A stretch of 63,038 bases of DNA, the filler included, from Asterionella formosa (Eukaryota), in NCBI GenBank assembly GCA_002256025.1. It is 4 parts of 4 records of this genome, joined end to end, with 100 filler letters (N's around TTAATTAATTAA, not from the genome) between each part and the next. Parts side by side here need not be neighbours in the genome. Positions count along the whole stretch, not along the records: positions 61,189 to 63,038 come from NKIB01001029.1; 3 more parts are not named here. One strand, 5' to 3'. Of this stretch, positions 61,189 through 63,038 are shown piece after piece. The notes under the pieces were generated by a model. That model had not been told where the DNA came from and made no database searches. It was given only the letters and a program-made list of their open reading frames with translations. The position numbers and the translations under genes are program-made. Every line of letters starts with the position of its first letter. Position 1 is the stretch's first letter.

Positions 61189-63038
61189 AATATAGTTTTA
61201 TCTTGTAATTAGAAACAATGAACATGATTGGCAAGCCTTGAACCGTGGAGCTCGTTGCTTCTTACTTTTTGTAGGTTAAACTTATTACGCTTGGGTCATT
61301 GTTGTATGTTGCTTCGTCTTCATTATCCGTTGTTATCTTTCCATGGCAAAGGTGGGGCGGGAAGTCAAAGTTGTCTGTACTATGCTAGATTGGGAACAAG
61401 AAGCACGAGCCCGAGCAGGCTCAAAAATCAAAGGAGAACAACGTACTACTATCTTTCAACTCGAGTTTGACTTATTTGTGACAATGAAGAAGAGAAGAAA
61501 ATATGAAAAATTCAATGACCGCCGATGTCCCACAACAAGCAGTCAATATGGAGACTGAAGTGAACACCCTGGTCAAGTATCTGTATGCAATGAAAGAGAT
61601 GATCAACCCACGCGATTCAGCTTTATTTATCGTACCCGAAAAGATTCGCCGACAACATCACACAGTAGGACAAAACCTTTGATGGATTAAAACAGTCAAG
61701 CAACATTTCTATTCAGGCATGGCATCGGGAATATGGAATAACCCTGGGAGATGGAGCTCGGCTCCGCATTGCACATCGGATTGAAAGACTTGAGGGACTT
61801 TGTCCTCAGGTATGGTTAAGAACTGGGCGTGACTAAATTCTCATCTTGTGTCTCACAGGGCCAAATACGATTAGATGTTAAGATTTAATGTACTATAAAA
61901 TTTCATTTCAATATATGTATCCGTTGTTATCTTTCCTCTGCCGCTGTAGTTGGACAATCGTCCTTTCACATGCAGTCAATATTGTTGGTCTCCAGCAAGG
62001 TAAGTATGACATTTGTGAATTGAAAATCCGCTGGTTACTGATGAGACCTTGACAGAGGGAAGGCGAACTATCGTCAATACTAGTTCGAAGAACTCCTTGG
62101 TGTAGGTTAATTTTTTGATTCTCTGTTTGTGTTGCTTGCCATTCAAAACTTCAACTAGCTCACCCTCTTTCTTATAATCTCCATTCTTAGTCAGAGGTGT
62201 TTGTGATCATTCCATGGAGAGCCAGTACGTGAGAGAGGCAGGGCTTCGCCTGACGAATGGAACAGGAAGAGGATGAAGCGGCCGTGATTTTATGGCAGCC
62301 TAGAAACCAAGGAACCAGCATGGGTTGAGCAATTTCCAGGTGGCCAGATTTGGGCGGTGCTAGCTATTGGAGGGTAGTGTCACATCCGAAGAAAGTTCTT
62401 GTTGATACCTTATGTGGATCAAAAACGAATTTACATAACAATCCATCAATATGGCTGCCTATCCATCAGCCTTGCGAACTGACTAGAATGGGAGATGATA
62501 AATACTAGGTGCTCTATAAATATAGTGGCATTCCCGTTGATCTTTCCAGTAGCCTCTAATTGACTAGCAATTGCTGTTCGAATCTACTAGGCCTCAGCCA
62601 TCCATGTTACTTTGTTAGGACTTATAGTCAGTATTCATCTCGGGAAACCATAATTGATGAGGATGTTGATTGGCGTTGCATGATGCCTGCGAGTGTGCGA
62701 GGGGCGTACAAATACCGAGCAACACTTGGCAACAAATAAAACTATGAATCAATTTACAATAGGAAAAGATGGACAATAACCTCCTTTAAGTATTCATTGC
62801 TATTACACGTTTCCGTACCCGACATACCGGAGGAAAAATTCTTTTTTACATGTCAAGTGCTCCATGTGAGCCCAAATAGTTAATCCTTGCGGAATTGTCA
62901 ATTTCGCATGCATATCTAGCCTAACACAGACGAACTAATCATTCAATTGATGTTGACAGTAAAAACTGAGATCAACTATAAAATTTGTTTTGGTCTTCGT
63001 TTGCTTATTTTTGAAGATGTAACCAAAAACAGACATCA

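Noticed and set aside
61189..63038. Possible transposase relic in the last contig
   Set aside because: No ORF over ~80 aa and no motif I can assign with confidence.

Overview
Eukaryotic genomic DNA, most likely a pennate diatom. This is inferred from the short GT-AG introns, signal peptide+'AF' plastid-type presequences and diatom-type Copia/pogo/piggyBac elements. The window joins four contigs with artificial N-TTAATTAATTAA-N linkers (29553, 59139, 61089). Bases 1-29.5 kb are a host gene block: an OTUD5-like deubiquitinase, a FUBP-like KH RNA-binding protein, an IQ-motif membrane protein, a plastid-type SAP-like protein, phenylalanine hydroxylase (3 exons), a histidine phosphatase, a putative Fe/2OG dioxygenase and a KA1-like protein, plus a pogo relic and an SdrD-B pseudogene. 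Bases 30-63 kb are a nest of decayed transposons: two copies of a Plavaka/CACTA-like element carrying a Ulp1-like protease, Copia-in-Copia with LTRs, TSD and PBS, Gypsy, piggyBac-like, LINE and mariner relics. The most unusual non-coding signals are (i) a 117-bp foldback element whose arms contain telomeric TTAGGG repeats, (ii) a ~90-bp MITE family present in three copies, and (iii) palindromic (CCTGGTA/TACCAGG)n clusters that sit upstream of most host genes and surround every MITE copy. All calls come from reading motifs by eye; no searches were run.
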